Assembly (NCBI GenBank): GCA_951406725.2
Contig: OX597829.1
Span: 21,514,001-21,578,000, forward strand
Direction: 5' to 3'
Length of the DNA: 64,000 nucleotides
DNA from: Octopus vulgaris
Taxonomy: Eukaryota
Position 1 is the stretch's first letter. Each line of letters begins with the position of its first letter. Both the position numbers and the translations under genes were made by a program. This document shows positions 63,301 to 64,000 of the stretch, piece by piece. The notes below the pieces were generated by a model, which ran no database searches, had not been told where the DNA came from, and was given only the letters and a program-made list of their open reading frames with translations.

Positions 63301-64000
63301 TTAGTTTGACAGGTCCCTCAACACAGCATATCGCCCAATGTTCGAAGAGTGCTTATGCAATGTAAATATTCATGCACACATCACTCTCTCTCTCTGCAAC
63401 TGAAAAAAAACCTCCCATATTTTATATGGCCATTGGTGAGGCAAGGCACAAGTGAAGTTAGGCAGAGAGTAATGGCCTCATCATGTAGCTAATGTTTTAC
63501 AGGGATTTTTTTTTCCTGCTACCATCATGGTTAGGACTAGTGCACATCAAGTGTTTGTTGTTGAAATCCTCATCATCATTTAATGTCCATTGTCCATGTT
63601 GGCATGGGTTGGATGGTTTTTACCAGGGCTGGTAAGCTGACGGGTTGCACCAGATTCCACTCTGATTTGGCATGGTTTCTACATCTGGATGTTCTTTCTA
63701 ATGCCTATTACACAACTATTATACTCTGAGAGTGTAATAAAAACACCTATTATACTCTGATATTGTAATAGGTAATTTCATGTGCCAGTTGAATGTCACC
63801 AGTATCTACCACAACTATAATTTCGCTTGGCTTGATGGATTTTCCTTCTCAAGCAATAGCATACTGCCAAAGTTCTTGTCATTTGTCATTGCCTCTGTGA
63901 GGCCCAGTGCTTGAAAGGTGCTTTTTACGTGCCACTAACACAGTTGCTAGTTCCACAACATCAACATTGGCCATGCTGCCTCCGTGAAGCTCAACACTTG

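Noticed and set aside
56664-64000. GLE1 start codon, upstream exons and promoter
   Set aside because: No convincing phase-compatible exon found by eye; region is mostly SINE/MITE; the 5' end probably lies beyond the window, though a small exon could have been missed.

Overview
Repeat-dense, AT-rich eukaryotic DNA. The SINE/LINE and microsatellite content suggests a coleoid cephalopod (Octopus-like); this is inference from recognition. The only supportable host gene is GLE1 (mRNA export factor) on the minus strand. I reconstructed 10 coding exons by hand (56663 down to the stop at 18682), all with GT-AG boundaries and consistent phases, giving 1665 nt, or 554 aa plus stop. The N-terminal exons were not found and probably lie beyond the window end. 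Almost everything else is transposon-derived: three tRNA-derived SINE families, RTE, R4/Dong, Ingi-like and APE-domain LINE fragments, mariner and hAT transposase relics, TTAA-flanked MITEs, a CpG-decayed 5S rRNA copy, and micro/minisatellites. Most ORFs in the supplied track are artefacts of these repeats. Points worth a second look: (1) dispersed short repeats carrying minimal hammerhead-ribozyme cores (Penelope/retrozyme-like), including one copy with the ribozyme cleanly deleted; (2) GLE1 lacks the IP6-binding lysine pair; (3) a mariner element made of two inverted 5' ends; (4) several long intronic foldbacks; (5) repeated nesting of elements into one spot of a SINE; (6) minisatellites arising from the RTE 3' end. 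I see no evidence for a new protein-coding system. Exon coordinates are exact by my count; most repeat boundaries are approximate (about +/-10-20 bp).
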